A DNA stretch of 64,000 nucleotides from an uncultured Gammaproteobacteria bacterium (lineage in GTDB: Bacteria > Pseudomonadota > Gammaproteobacteria > Steroidobacterales > Steroidobacteraceae), in assembly GCA_963707145.1 (NCBI GenBank), contig CAVPOQ010000006.1:30159-94158 (forward strand), in the 5' to 3' direction. The position numbers and the translations under genes were made by a program. Below the pieces are notes generated by a model. That model did no database searches. It was not told the origin of the DNA and saw only the letters and a program-made list of their open reading frames with translations. This document shows positions 63,983 to 64,000 of the stretch, in pieces (positions within the stretch are counted from its first letter, which is position 1; every line of letters starts with the position of its first letter).

Positions 63983-64000
63983 GCGGAGCCGAGCAGCCGG

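Overview
This is a high-GC, strongly GC3-biased proteobacterial chromosome segment. All family names are from memory and by-eye motif reading; no searches were run.

Right half (33.1-64 kb): conserved housekeeping genes, almost all on the minus strand. The order is grpE-dnaK-dnaJ, dapB, carA-carB-greA, yhbY (plus strand), rlmE-ftsH-folP-glmM, tpiA-secG, tRNA-Leu(GAG), nuoA-N. I recognise this order from Xanthomonadales/Nevskiales-type Gammaproteobacteria. nuoL is interrupted by a frameshift.

Left half: accessory.
- 3.6-24.9 kb is a run of about 21 co-directional minus-strand genes facing a divergent LysR regulator.
- Its upstream part is the most unusual content. It holds three exported DUF3604/PHP-like paralogues, two outer-membrane beta-barrels and a DUF3300 lipoprotein.
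- It also holds three lysine/aspartate-tailed mini-proteins. Two are near-identical Cys-bridged secreted peptides. One is a 53-codon ORF absent from the ORF track.
- Downstream comes a TPP-dependent E1 alpha/beta module with an E2 split by an in-frame TGA, plus its own LplA/LipB-family ligase.
- After that come SDR, cupin, VOC, SMP-30, OYE and epimerase enzymes.
- At 2.4-3.6 kb, folE is tightly coupled to a short BLUF photoreceptor gene.
- 28.2-32.5 kb, next to an initiator tRNA-fMet, looks like a decayed island. It contains an arsR/ArsP-like permease/thioredoxin-like operon riddled with frameshifts and a nucleotidyltransferase two-gene module plus an internally deleted copy of it. A ~50-bp imperfect duplication of the tRNA 3' end plus its terminator is also present.

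No rRNA, CRISPR array, integrase or transposase was seen. Many long ORFs in the track are antisense artefacts of GC-rich DNA.
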